From assembly GCA_003696725.1 (NCBI GenBank), contig RFGI01000055.1, positions 1-54,401 on the forward strand: DNA of 54,401 bases. The letters are read 5' to 3'. This DNA is from Planctomycetota bacterium. Lineage in GTDB: Bacteria; Planctomycetota; Phycisphaerae; Phycisphaerales; UBA1924. The notes under the pieces are model-generated. The model worked only from the letters and a program-made list of their open reading frames with translations. It ran no database searches and was not told the origin of the DNA. The position numbers and the translations under genes were made by a program. Within the stretch, counting starts at the first letter, position 1. The number at the start of each line of letters is the position of its first letter. This document shows, piece by piece, positions 9,756 through 18,917 of this stretch.

Positions 9756-10229
9756 TCACTTGGTCGCTTTCGCGGGCCGGACGGCGATGCGGCGGGCCCG
9801 GGTCGGTGTCTCGGCCTTGGGCATCACAACGTGCAGCACGCCGTCGGCGAACCCGGCGTCGATCTTGTCCGGGTTGATCTCGGTCGGGAGGGTGAACGAC
9901 CGCTCGAAGGAGCCGGTGTAGCGCTCACTGAGATGGACGGTGTCGTTCTCGCTCTCCTGCTCGAAGGTGCGCCGGCCGCGGATGGTGATGGAGTCGGCCT
10001 CGGCGAGCACCTCCAGGTCGTCCAGCGTCACGCCGGGCAGGTCCAGATCCAGAACGAACGAATCGTCCTTCTCCGTGAGGTTGGCCGCCGGGGCCACGAC
10101 GCGGGCCGGGGCGTTCTCAGTCCAGTCCGGCCTGAGCGTCACCGGCAGCATGGCGCCGAAGACGCGGTCCAGGTCGCGGGTCAGGCTGGTGAACGGATCC
10201 ATGGGACGCTGACGGATTCGAGTAAGCAT
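9756..10229 (-). CDS. Hsp20/alpha-crystallin family small heat-shock protein
   Basis: 157 aa from ATG 10229, with AGGAGG upstream. The alpha-crystallin domain shows DLPGV, SERYTGSFERSFTLP and GVLHVVMPK. The 279-aa track ORF is an upstream extension. Confidence 0.92.
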   Translation of the reverse strand: MLTRIRQRPMDPFTSLTRDLDRVFGAMLPVTLRPDWTENAPARVVAPAANLTEKDDSFVLDLDLPGVTLDDLEVLAEADSITIRGRRTFEQESENDTVHLSERYTGSFERSFTLPTEINPDKIDAGFADGVLHVVMPKAETPTRARRIAVRPAKATK

Positions 10230-10333
10230 GACTGTGCCTCCTGTGACTGACGGTGCGATTGCGTTGCTCACGCGCGGCCCGAGCGCCCGTCGGTGGCTCC
10301 GCCGATCGCGCCGGCCGCGACGGGTGACGGATT

Positions 10334-10349
10334 TGCAAGCCGCGCGCCA
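10334..10349 (-). promoter_or_regulatory. sigma-54 (RpoN) -24/-12 promoter candidate upstream of hsp20
   Basis: The minus strand TGGCGCGCGGCTTGCA has the exact spacing of TGGCACG-N4-TTGCW, with one mismatch (A to G at position 5). It lies about 105 nt upstream of the hsp20 ATG. Confidence 0.5.
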
Positions 10350-10622
10350 TATCCGCCGACGGGCTCCGGCCGGCGTCGTCGCGTCGCGACGGCCGTCGCC
10401 GGGCGCCGGTTTGACGCCGGGGGCTCCGGCCTGCTGCCAAAATGACGCCGAGGACCGTGCGTCGACGCGTTCGAGCACGATCCTCGTAGCCGACGGCGCC
10501 GATCCGGAGGAAGATTTCGACAGGGCGATAACCGCATAACGAGGCGGCAGGCCGCGGGCCCGTTTGGCGGTCGACCCTTGGGCGTCAGGTGTCATCGAGC
10601 GGCCGTGAAGGAGAAGACTGAC

Positions 10623-10988
10623 ATGACACGGATCAGGATTGGGGTGTATGCCGCATTTCTGACGGTGCTGGCGGCGATCGGACTGACGGCGACGACCGCC
10701 ACAGCCGGGGACAACGGGACGCTCTCGGGTGTCGTGGTCAAGAGCGGCGACACGGTCTTCGCACTGGTGACCGTGACCGACGCGCAGACAGGCGCGTTCG
10801 TGGCATCCACGATCTCCAACGGCGCCTCGGGTTTCTCGCTGTCGCTGCCGGCCGACGTGTACGCGGTGAGCGCGACCGACTTTGACACGAGCACATCGAC
10901 GTTCGTGGCCGTGTCGTCCGGGGCGACCACCAACGTGGTGCTGACGCTGCCGGCGCCGTTCCCGCTGCCGCTCCCGTTCCCCTTCTGA
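10623..10988 (+). CDS. small secreted protein with a carboxypeptidase-regulatory-like beta-sandwich and a Pro/Phe-rich tail
   Basis: ATG 10623 follows GAAGGAGAAG. It has a signal peptide ending ATTATA, a GTLSGVV...TDAQTG pattern and the tail LPAPFPLPLPFPF. Third codon positions are GC-rich. Confidence 0.6.
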   Translation: MTRIRIGVYAAFLTVLAAIGLTATTATAGDNGTLSGVVVKSGDTVFALVTVTDAQTGAFVASTISNGASGFSLSLPADVYAVSATDFDTSTSTFVAVSSGATTNVVLTLPAPFPLPLPFPF

Positions 10989-11099
10989 GTCGGCTCAACT
11001 GAGTCTTTCAGGATCCACAGACCATCGGTGGGTCCGCGCGGGTCCGCCGATGTCGTTCACTGGCGGATGTGGCCCCACCGATCTGCTACGGTTTCGGCG

Positions 11100-11768
11100 A
11101 TGACCGAGCCGTCCGTCACTGCCGCGACAGGCGGGCGCTGGACCCCGGTGATCGGGCTGGTCGGCGGGGTAGGCGCCGGCAAGTCCGCCGCCGCTCGCTG
11201 CCTGGAGCGGATCGGGTGCGTGGTCATCGACTCGGACTCGAGGGCCAAAGCCTTGCTGGACGACCCCGCCGTCGCGGACACGCTGGTCCGCTGGTGGGGG
11301 GACCGTGTGCTGGATCACGCGGGCCGGGTGGATCGGGACGTGGTCGCGGGGATCGTTTTCGAGGACCCCGCCGAACGCCGCCGGCTCGAATCGCTCATCC
11401 ACCCGCTGTTGGCGGCCCGGCGGAGCGAGACCATCGAGCGGGCCAAGCAGGCCGGGGCCCCAGGCGTGGTGATCGACGCGCCGCTCTTGATCGAGGCCGG
11501 GCTGGACAGCCTGTGCGACGCGATCGTGTTCGTCGATGCGCCGGTGGCCGACCGGCTCAGGCGGGTGGCGCGGGATCGGGGCTGGTCGGCCGAGGAGCTC
11601 GATCGGCGACAGGCGGCCCAGGCCCCACTTGAAATCAAGCGGCACAAGGCCCATTATGTGGTGACCAACACCGGCTCAGCCGATGACCTCTGTCGGCAGG
11701 TCCGCCGGGTGTTCGACCAGATCCAGAACGTCCAGAGGCCCGATCGACGCGGCGTCGGGACCGGCTGA
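11100..11768 (+). CDS. coaE: dephospho-CoA kinase
   Basis: VIGLVGGVGAGKS P-loop followed by VIDSD, with a CoaE-like layout. The ATG at 11100 is chosen inside the longer track ORF. Confidence 0.9.
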   Translation: MTEPSVTAATGGRWTPVIGLVGGVGAGKSAAARCLERIGCVVIDSDSRAKALLDDPAVADTLVRWWGDRVLDHAGRVDRDVVAGIVFEDPAERRRLESLIHPLLAARRSETIERAKQAGAPGVVIDAPLLIEAGLDSLCDAIVFVDAPVADRLRRVARDRGWSAEELDRRQAAQAPLEIKRHKAHYVVTNTGSADDLCRQVRRVFDQIQNVQRPDRRGVGTG

Positions 11769-12010
11769 GCGATCCCGGGGGCCCCGTAGGCACGATGTCA
11801 CCCACTCGCGGCTCGACGCGGGCGGTCGGCTTGAGGCCGGATCGCCGCCGGGTCTGCACATGGGGCGCCCCGGCGCCCGTCCGGCGCCCCTGGCAACGCC
11901 CCCGGAAGGGTTAGCGGCCCCGGCGCATGACCCGCCGTCCCCACCGGCACGCCGGTCGTCACGACTCGACTGTTCACCGTTCCCTCGCAGAACTCGATCA
12001 AGAGCACAGC

Positions 12011-13672
12011 ATGGCCAAGTCATCGACCGCGGTGGCGGCGTCCGAAGAAGCCGCCGGCGCCGCCAAGCCCACACGCAGACGCAAGAAGAAGGCCTCGACG
12101 AGCGCCCCCGGCGCCACGTCGCCGAGCCCGGCCACCGAGCCATCGGTCTCCGGCGGTGAGGCCGGCGGCGGCTCTCCCGCCGGCAGCCAGCCGAGCCGGC
12201 CGCCCGCCTCTGCGCCGCAGGGCCAATCCCAACCCACGGCGCAGCAGGGGCCCCGGGGCAAGCGCCGGAAGAACAAGCGGAAGAAGCGACCTGGTTCGCC
12301 CGGCGGCATGACGCTGCCGGCGGGTTCGGTGCCCACCGACGAGGAGTTGCGGCAGGCGGCCGAGCAGATCCGCCAGGCCCGGGCCTCGGCCAAAGGCAAG
12401 AAGGGCGCCCCGACCACGCACGTCGCCGATCTCCAGAAGGCGACGCTCGAGGAGCTGCACGGGCTCGCCGAGGCCGCCGGGCTGGAGGACTTTCACCAGC
12501 TGCACAAGTCGGACCTGGTCTTCCGGATCAGCAAGGCCAAGGCCGAGGCCGGCGAGGTCGTCACCGCCGAGGGCACGCTCGAGGTCCTGCCCGAGGGGTT
12601 CGGGTTCCTGCGCTCGCCGGAGGCGTCGTACCTCTCCGGCCCGGACGACGTGTACGTGGCGCCGTCGATCATCCGCCGGCTGAAGCTCCGGAAGGGGATG
12701 ATCGTCCGCGGGCCGGTCTACGCCCCGCGCGAGGGGCAGCAGTTCTTCGCGCTGGTGGACGTGGACGAGGTCAACGGGCACGACCCGGCCGACGTGGCCA
12801 ACCTCGCGACGTTCGAGGACCTGACGCCCCTGCACCCCGAGGAGCGGTTCGTCCTGGAGACGACCCCGGACCAGATCGAGATGCGCGTGGTGGACCTCGT
12901 CGCGCCGATCGGGAAAGGGCAGCGCGGGCTGATCGTGGCCCCGCCGCGGACGGGCAAGACCGTCCTCCTGCAGAAGATGACGCGGGCGATCAGCCAGAAC
13001 TACCCCGACGTGCACGTGATCGTGCTGCTGATCGACGAGCGTCCGGAGGAGGTGACCGACTTCCGCCGCAACACGCCCGACGCGGTGGAGGTTGTCGCCA
13101 GCACCTTCGACGAGCGCTCCAGCCGGCATGTGCAGGTCGCCGAGATGGTCATCGAAAAGGCCAAGCGCATGGTGGAGTTCGGCGGGGACGTGGTGATCCT
13201 GCTGGACTCGATCACGCGGCTGGCGCGGGCCTACAACAACGAGATGCCGCACTCCGGCAAGATCATGACCGGCGGGATCGACTCCGGGGCGTTGCAACGG
13301 CCCAAGAAGTTCTTCGGCGCCGCCCGCGCGATCGAGAACGGCGGCTCGCTCACCATCCTCGCGACGGCCCTGGTCGACACCGGCTCCAAGGCCGACGAGG
13401 TGATCTTCGAGGAGTTCAAGGGCACCGGCAACAGCGAGCTGCACCTGGACCGCAAGCTCGTCGAGAAACGCATCTGGCCGGCGATCGACATCTCCGCCTC
13501 CGGCACCCGCCGCGAGGAGCTGCTGCTGGACCCGAAGGAGCTCGAGCTCGTCTACCGCCTGCGCAAGGTGCTCAGCGACATGAACGTGGTCGAGGCGATG
13601 GAGCTCATGAAGAGCCGGCTGAGCAAGACCAAGACCAACGCCGAGTTCCTGATGACCATGAACCTCGGCTGA
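12011..13672 (+). CDS. rho: transcription termination factor Rho with an approximately 135-aa N-terminal low-complexity extension
   Basis: 553 aa. It has the Rho N-domain, a CSD-like RNA-binding part (GFGFLR), Walker A (PPRTGKT) and a conserved C-terminus. The extension is rich in P/S/G/Q with RRRKKK and [10 protein letters not shown] clusters. Confidence 0.95.
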   Translation: MAKSSTAVAASEEAAGAAKPTRRRKKKASTSAPGATSPSPATEPSVSGGEAGGGSPAGSQPSRPPASAPQGQSQPTAQQGPRGKRRKNKRKKRPGSPGGMTLPAGSVPTDEELRQAAEQIRQARASAKGKKGAPTTHVADLQKATLEELHGLAEAAGLEDFHQLHKSDLVFRISKAKAEAGEVVTAEGTLEVLPEGFGFLRSPEASYLSGPDDVYVAPSIIRRLKLRKGMIVRGPVYAPREGQQFFALVDVDEVNGHDPADVANLATFEDLTPLHPEERFVLETTPDQIEMRVVDLVAPIGKGQRGLIVAPPRTGKTVLLQKMTRAISQNYPDVHVIVLLIDERPEEVTDFRRNTPDAVEVVASTFDERSSRHVQVAEMVIEKAKRMVEFGGDVVILLDSITRLARAYNNEMPHSGKIMTGGIDSGALQRPKKFFGAARAIENGGSLTILATALVDTGSKADEVIFEEFKGTGNSELHLDRKLVEKRIWPAIDISASGTRREELLLDPKELELVYRLRKVLSDMNVVEAMELMKSRLSKTKTNAEFLMTMNLG

Positions 13673-13696
13673 GGGGCGCCGGTTGTTCGAGCCGGG

Positions 13697-14944
13697 TCAG
13701 TGCGCGTGGCCGTCGCCGCCGGGCTCGGGCAGACGCAGGGGCCGGCCCATGGCCAGGTCTTGGCGGATCTGATACGGGTTGGGGATGAGCTCGGGCCCCG
13801 CGGTCTGGCCCACCACGCGCCCGCCGCGCACCACGTAGGTCGTCGGGATGCCTGGCCAGGCCCAGATCTGGATCCCGAGCCGGTCCTCGATCTCGTGCAT
13901 CGACACCGGCGTTACGACCGCGTACGGGTCGTCGGGCCACTCGTCGCTGTACTCGTCGAAGACGGCTAGGTGCTGCAGGCAGATCGGGCAATCCGGGTTG
14001 TAGACGTACACGAGGTAGACGGGCAGGTCGCCCTCGGCGTAGAGGATGTCCGCGTGCTCGGGCAGCGAGAGGACCTGCGCGATGGGGCCGACGGGCCGCT
14101 GGGCGCGGAGCGTCTGCGGGTCGGGCAGGGTCTGGGCGACGTAGCGCTGGACGGCCCGCCCGCCGCGGTACAGGATCGCCGCCGGCAGCCGCTCCCACGC
14201 CCACGCGGGGACGCCGGCCTCGGCCTCGGCCTGGTCCACAGGCATCAGCACCACCCGGAGCGTGGCGTCGTCGGCGTGTTGCTTGGCGTCGGCGCGGAGC
14301 AGCGCCAGCGTCTCGTCTGTCTCGGCCGTGCCCGGGTCGTAGAGGTACACGAGCGTGTCCGGTCCGGTCAGGTCCGCGTGGGCGGCCTCGGCCAGCGTCG
14401 GGGCCGTCAGCAGGACCGCGGCTCGGTCGCCCTTGTACTCCGTCGGGAGGGGGTCGTGGGTCAGCACGCCGAATCCCGCGCCGACCGCGGCGGCCACGCC
14501 CGCGAGCGTCAAGACACCTCCCACGATCGACGCCGATCCGGCCCGCGTCGCCGCGACCAGCCCGGCGAGGATCGCCAGCCCGATGTCCAAAGACAGCGTG
14601 AAGGTCGGCGGCGTCTGGACGTCCCCGAAGCAGCCGCACGACGATTCGCCTCGCGCCACCAGAAACGCCGTGTACCCCGCGAACGCGGCGAAGAGCGCGC
14701 CGACCCCGACCCACGCCCACCAGCGCCGGTGGAAGAAGATGAGCAGCCCGATGACCAGGAACTCGCCCGCGGCGGCGAGGTAGTGCAGCAGGTCCTCACT
14801 CGCCGCGATCGATTTGAGCACCGCCGCCGTGCCCAGGGCGCCGACGACGGCCAGCAGCGCGACGTACAGGAGCGTGTCAGCCAGGAGCGTCCGGCTCGCG
14901 CCGGCGGCGCGCATCGGTGCGGCGATGGTCGGGGCGGTGGTCAT
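13697..14944 (-). CDS. membrane protein with an N-terminal MauE/DoxX-like domain fused to two thioredoxin-like domains, the second carrying CPIC
   Basis: 415 aa with four predicted TM helices and the MauE-type SSCGCFG motif. The first C-terminal Trx-like module lacks Cys, and the second has VYVYNPDCPICLQH. Confidence 0.8.
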   Translation of the reverse strand: MTTAPTIAAPMRAAGASRTLLADTLLYVALLAVVGALGTAAVLKSIAASEDLLHYLAAAGEFLVIGLLIFFHRRWWAWVGVGALFAAFAGYTAFLVARGESSCGCFGDVQTPPTFTLSLDIGLAILAGLVAATRAGSASIVGGVLTLAGVAAAVGAGFGVLTHDPLPTEYKGDRAAVLLTAPTLAEAAHADLTGPDTLVYLYDPGTAETDETLALLRADAKQHADDATLRVVLMPVDQAEAEAGVPAWAWERLPAAILYRGGRAVQRYVAQTLPDPQTLRAQRPVGPIAQVLSLPEHADILYAEGDLPVYLVYVYNPDCPICLQHLAVFDEYSDEWPDDPYAVVTPVSMHEIEDRLGIQIWAWPGIPTTYVVRGGRVVGQTAGPELIPNPYQIRQDLAMGRPLRLPEPGGDGHAH

Positions 14945-14977
14945 CTTCGGCGGTCCCTGTCGTGGGCGTGTGGGGCG

Positions 14978-16345
14978 TCAATCGATGCGGACGAAGAGGT
15001 AGGACGTCTGCTCGACGCCGTCCATGGTGACACGCAGGACGGTGCGGATCAGCCCGCGCGCCTCGCCGGACGCGGTCAGGCGCAGCGTCCCGGTGTAGCC
15101 GTTGGAGGATCGCTTGACCCCCGTGATCTCGGCGCTGAGCAGCGGCGAATCGACCGAGACCCCCTGCACGTTCTTGTTGCGGACCTGGTGCAGCAGGATC
15201 TCCCGCTCGTACACCCCGCCGGGCGCGAGGCTGCCGACGACGATGCGGTCCGGCCCGAGCGTCCACGGGCCCTGGTTCTGGACCATGCTCTGGACGATCA
15301 GCGGCGTGAGCACGCGGATGTCGAGGACCCGGGCGCCGGGGTGATCGGTGACGATGAGCCACCAGGGCTCGATGTCGTCGTCGGGCGTCTCGGTGAAGTC
15401 CCACAGCACGGTGTGTTTGAGGGCGGGCTCGTCGGCGTCGCCCGTCGCGAGCGTCGGCGCCGTCCCGCCCGCCGAGAGCACGCGGAAGGGCCGGCCGTCG
15501 CGGCTCTCGAGCGTGATCGACCCGGACCGCGGGATCTCCGTCTGGCCCGCCGGCGGCGCCACCAGGTTGATGAAGAACGGGTCGGCCTTGACGGCGTGCG
15601 AGACGTCGGCCTTGACCGGGATCTCGATGGGACGGGCCGCCCCCATGGGCCAGACCACGACCTTCTGGCTCAACGGGCCGATGTCTTTGGCGGTGACGGT
15701 GAGCTTGAGACGCGCGGCCTGGCCCGGGCCGGCGAGCGTGTCTAAGAGCTCCGCCTTGACGCACGAGCACGTCACCGACACCCGCGCGAACTGCACCGGC
15801 GTCTCGCCGGGTTCACCGCGGTTGACCAGCCGGACGATGGTTTCCGTCGGCGTCTCGGGCGCGATCCAGCCGAGGTCGACCTGGGCCGGCTCGACCGCGA
15901 CGGCCGCGGGCGGGGGCGTTTCCTCGTTGATCCTCGCCTCGACGGCGATCTTGACGGGGACCGGGTAGCCGTCGGCGAAGACGTACAGCTCCTTGTGCTG
16001 CACGCCTTTGGTGATGATGCCCTGCATGGTGAGCTTGACGGTGGCGGCCTCACCCGGGGCGACCGGCTCGGTCGTCACCGTGCCCTTGATGCACGAGCAG
16101 GAGCCCATCGCACGCGAAAACCGCAGGGGCTTGTCGCCCGTGTTGACCAGCCGGACCTCCGCGGGCTTGGTCTCGAGGTGGTCGAGCGTCCCCAGGTCGA
16201 CGTGGTCGCCCGGCTCGACCCGGACCGGCGGCGGCGACGCGGGCGCGTCCTGGGCGGCGGCCGGGCGGGCGGGCGCGGCGGCGACCAGGGCGCCGATCAG
16301 CAGCGTCGGGGCGAACAGGGACAAACCGTGGCGGGTCGGTCTCAT
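14978..16345 (-). CDS. secreted multi-domain DUF1573 protein (Ig/PapD-like repeats)
   Basis: 455 aa with a signal peptide. There are two DUF1573 signatures, each with a Cys-x-Cys (RAMGSCSCIKGTV and VSVTCSCVKAEL). It lies 33 nt upstream of the MauE/Trx gene on the same strand. Confidence 0.85.
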   Translation of the reverse strand: MRPTRHGLSLFAPTLLIGALVAAAPARPAAAQDAPASPPPVRVEPGDHVDLGTLDHLETKPAEVRLVNTGDKPLRFSRAMGSCSCIKGTVTTEPVAPGEAATVKLTMQGIITKGVQHKELYVFADGYPVPVKIAVEARINEETPPPAAVAVEPAQVDLGWIAPETPTETIVRLVNRGEPGETPVQFARVSVTCSCVKAELLDTLAGPGQAARLKLTVTAKDIGPLSQKVVVWPMGAARPIEIPVKADVSHAVKADPFFINLVAPPAGQTEIPRSGSITLESRDGRPFRVLSAGGTAPTLATGDADEPALKHTVLWDFTETPDDDIEPWWLIVTDHPGARVLDIRVLTPLIVQSMVQNQGPWTLGPDRIVVGSLAPGGVYEREILLHQVRNKNVQGVSVDSPLLSAEITGVKRSSNGYTGTLRLTASGEARGLIRTVLRVTMDGVEQTSYLFVRID

Positions 16346-16450
16346 CGTGTCGATCCTCTCAAGCCGGCGCCGGGCGTGCTCGACCGGCGTGTCTCTCCTG
16401 ATGCCTACTCCCTACAGCGTATTCGCTCCGCGGCGGCGCCGGGCGCCGAT

Positions 16451-17416
16451 TCACGCGGAATCCTCGGCGTCGCTGGCCCGAGTGTGATCGGACCCCGCCC
16501 CCGTCTGCTGGACGACCTCCGCCAGCCGGCGGACGTGCTCGCGCAGGCCCTCGGTCCCGCGATCCAGCGGCACGCCCAGGATCTCCCGGCAGGCCGTCGT
16601 GTCGAACCGGTTGCGGGCGCCGGGCGAGCCGTCGAGCGTCACCCGGCGCTCGGGCAAGCCGAGGGCCTCGGCGGCGAACCGCCCCAGCAGTGTGAACTTG
16701 GCGTAGCAGTCGGCGAGGTTGAAGGCCCGGCCGGCGGCGTCGTCGCACTCGACGGCCGCGAGCGTTGCCACGGCGACGTCATCGACATGGACCCATTTAC
16801 CGCCCCCGGGGAAGTTTTCGGGCGTCACGTCGCCGCCCCGCAGGAGGGTCATGATCTGCTTGTAGCCGTGGCTGCGTTCGAGGCGGACTGGCTCGACGCC
16901 GTAGACGGCGCTGGGCCTGAGCGACACGGTGTGCATGCCCCATGAGTGGTGGGCCGACCAGAGGTGGGCCTCGACGGCGGCCTTGCACGCGCCGTACAGC
17001 CCCCGCGGGCGGAGAGGGTGGTCCTCGTCGACGACGCCCGCCCAGCGGTCGCTCATGGCGTGGTGGACGGCGACGCTGGACATGTAGACCACCCGGCCGA
17101 CGCCGGCGCGGTGGGCGGCGTCCAGCAGCAGGAGCGAACCGTCCAGATTCGACCGGAGGTGGGCGGCCAGATCGCCCGAGCCCAGGGCGCCCCAGTCGAA
17201 CGAGTTGTGGACCAGGGCGTCGGCGTCGGCGAGCAGATCCGGCCAGACGGCGGGATCCGCCTGGTCCCCGGTGACGAATCGTGTGACGGCCGGCTCGATG
17301 TGGGCCCGCGCCGAAGCCGCCCGCACCAGGGCGGTGACGCGGTGACCGGCGCGAGCCAGCCGGTGCGCGACGGCGGCCCCGATGAAGCCGCCGGCGCCGG
17401 TGAGCGCGATGATCAT
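16451..17416 (-). CDS. NAD-dependent epimerase/dehydratase (extended SDR)
   Basis: 321 aa from ATG 17416. It has the MIIALTGAGGFIGAAV Rossmann motif and YGACK, a YxxxK catalytic motif. Confidence 0.88.
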   Translation of the reverse strand: MIIALTGAGGFIGAAVAHRLARAGHRVTALVRAASARAHIEPAVTRFVTGDQADPAVWPDLLADADALVHNSFDWGALGSGDLAAHLRSNLDGSLLLLDAAHRAGVGRVVYMSSVAVHHAMSDRWAGVVDEDHPLRPRGLYGACKAAVEAHLWSAHHSWGMHTVSLRPSAVYGVEPVRLERSHGYKQIMTLLRGGDVTPENFPGGGKWVHVDDVAVATLAAVECDDAAGRAFNLADCYAKFTLLGRFAAEALGLPERRVTLDGSPGARNRFDTTACREILGVPLDRGTEGLREHVRRLAEVVQQTGAGSDHTRASDAEDSA

Positions 17417-17534
17417 GGCGTATCCTACGGCCCGACCCACGCCGACCGCCCCGCACGACCCGTTGACCGGGTCGGGGGGTGGCTCTAGCCTGCCGGCCGC
17501 TGACAGCGCCGGGTCGGCGCCGACGGCGAGGTCC

Positions 17535-18878
17535 ATGAGCGAACACGCGCCTCAACCCGGCCCGAGCGACCCCGATCGCATCCAGATGCCGGACGAGACG
17601 CCCGTGCCCGTGCCGCGCTCGGGCGAGTCCTCGTCGGGCTCGGGCGGGACCAAGTCCGGGTCGAGCCTGGACACGATCCTCGGCCGGCTGGTCGTCGAGC
17701 AGGGCCTGGCGACCAACGAGGAGGTGCAGCGCGCCGTCGAGAGCCGCCGCAGCGCCGCCGACGCCGGGCAGAAGTCCCTCGCCCAGATCCTCATCGAGAG
17801 CGACTTCATCACCGAGCGGCAGCTGGCCCGCCTCAAGTCCCAGCTCGAGGCCGAGCGCAGCGGGCAGCAGATCCCCGGGTACCGCATCCTGGGCAAGCTC
17901 GGGGCGGGGGCCATGGCCTCGGTGTACAAGGCCAAGCAGCTGAGCCTGGACCGGATGGTCGCCATCAAGGTCCTGCCGCGGAAGTTCTCCCAGAACGCGG
18001 AGTTCATCGCCAGGTTCTACGCCGAGGGCCGGATCGCCGCGCAGCTGAACCATCCCAACATCGTCCAGGCCTACGACGTGGGCCAGGCCGGCGAGTTCCA
18101 CTACTTCGTGATGGAGTACGTGGAGGGGACGACAGTCTACGACCAGATCGTCCGGCACAAGCGCTTCAAAGAAGACGAGGCGCTGGACATCATCATCCAG
18201 GTCGCCGAGGCCCTCGAGCATGCCCACGCCAAGGGGCTGATCCACCGGGACGTCAAGCCCAAGAACATCATGCTCACGCCGCAGGGCGTGGCCAAGCTGG
18301 CGGATATGGGCCTGGCGCGGGCCATGTCGGACAAGGAAGCCGCCGAGGCCGAGGAGGGCAAGGCCTACGGCACGCCGTACTACATCAGCCCGGAGCAGAT
18401 CCGCGGGGTCAAGGACGTCGGCCCCCAGGCGGACATCTATTCGCTCGGCGCCACGCTGTACCACATGGTCACCGGGGCCGTGCCGTTCGACGGCAAGAGC
18501 CCCTCGTCGGTGATGCACAAGCATCTCAAGGCCGAGCTCGTCCCCGCAGACCACGTCAATCCCAAGCTGGGACCCGGGATCGGCCAGGTCATCGACAAGA
18601 TGATGGCCAAGGACCCGCGCGAGCGCTACCGCGACTGCACGGACCTGCTGACCGATCTCCGCGCGGTGCGCCGGGGCGAGCCGCCCGTCATCGCCCGCCC
18701 GACGGTCGAGGTGCAGGACCTGACCACGCTCGCCCAGGCCGAGCAGACCGCCCAGGGCGAGATCCCCGAGGACAAGACCCGGCCTCAGATCTCCATCGCC
18801 GGGCACCCGCTCGTGCAGGGGCTGATCATCCTGTTCATCGTCAGCCTCGTCATCAACATCATCCAGCTGTGGCTGTGA
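17535..18878 (+). CDS. Ser/Thr protein kinase with an N-terminal GspE-N/MshEN-like helical module and a C-terminal TM anchor
   Basis: 447 aa. Kinase motifs are GAGAMASVYKA, VAIK, HRDVKPKN, DMGLA and SPEQ. The C-terminal hydrophobic helix is LIILFIVSLVINIIQLWL. Confidence 0.92.
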   Translation: MSEHAPQPGPSDPDRIQMPDETPVPVPRSGESSSGSGGTKSGSSLDTILGRLVVEQGLATNEEVQRAVESRRSAADAGQKSLAQILIESDFITERQLARLKSQLEAERSGQQIPGYRILGKLGAGAMASVYKAKQLSLDRMVAIKVLPRKFSQNAEFIARFYAEGRIAAQLNHPNIVQAYDVGQAGEFHYFVMEYVEGTTVYDQIVRHKRFKEDEALDIIIQVAEALEHAHAKGLIHRDVKPKNIMLTPQGVAKLADMGLARAMSDKEAAEAEEGKAYGTPYYISPEQIRGVKDVGPQADIYSLGATLYHMVTGAVPFDGKSPSSVMHKHLKAELVPADHVNPKLGPGIGQVIDKMMAKDPRERYRDCTDLLTDLRAVRRGEPPVIARPTVEVQDLTTLAQAEQTAQGEIPEDKTRPQISIAGHPLVQGLIILFIVSLVINIIQLWL

Positions 18879-18917
18879 CGACGGCCGCGGCGCGGGCGTC
18901 CCGCACGCGCCGGGCGC

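Noticed and set aside
12020-13444. A 474-aa minus-strand ORF.
   Set aside because: It is antisense to rho, which is unambiguous, and has low-complexity composition.
16797-18806. A 669-aa minus-strand ORF.
   Set aside because: It is antisense to the Ser/Thr kinase gene, and partly to the epimerase region in another frame. The sequence is Arg/Gly/Pro-rich with no domain signatures.
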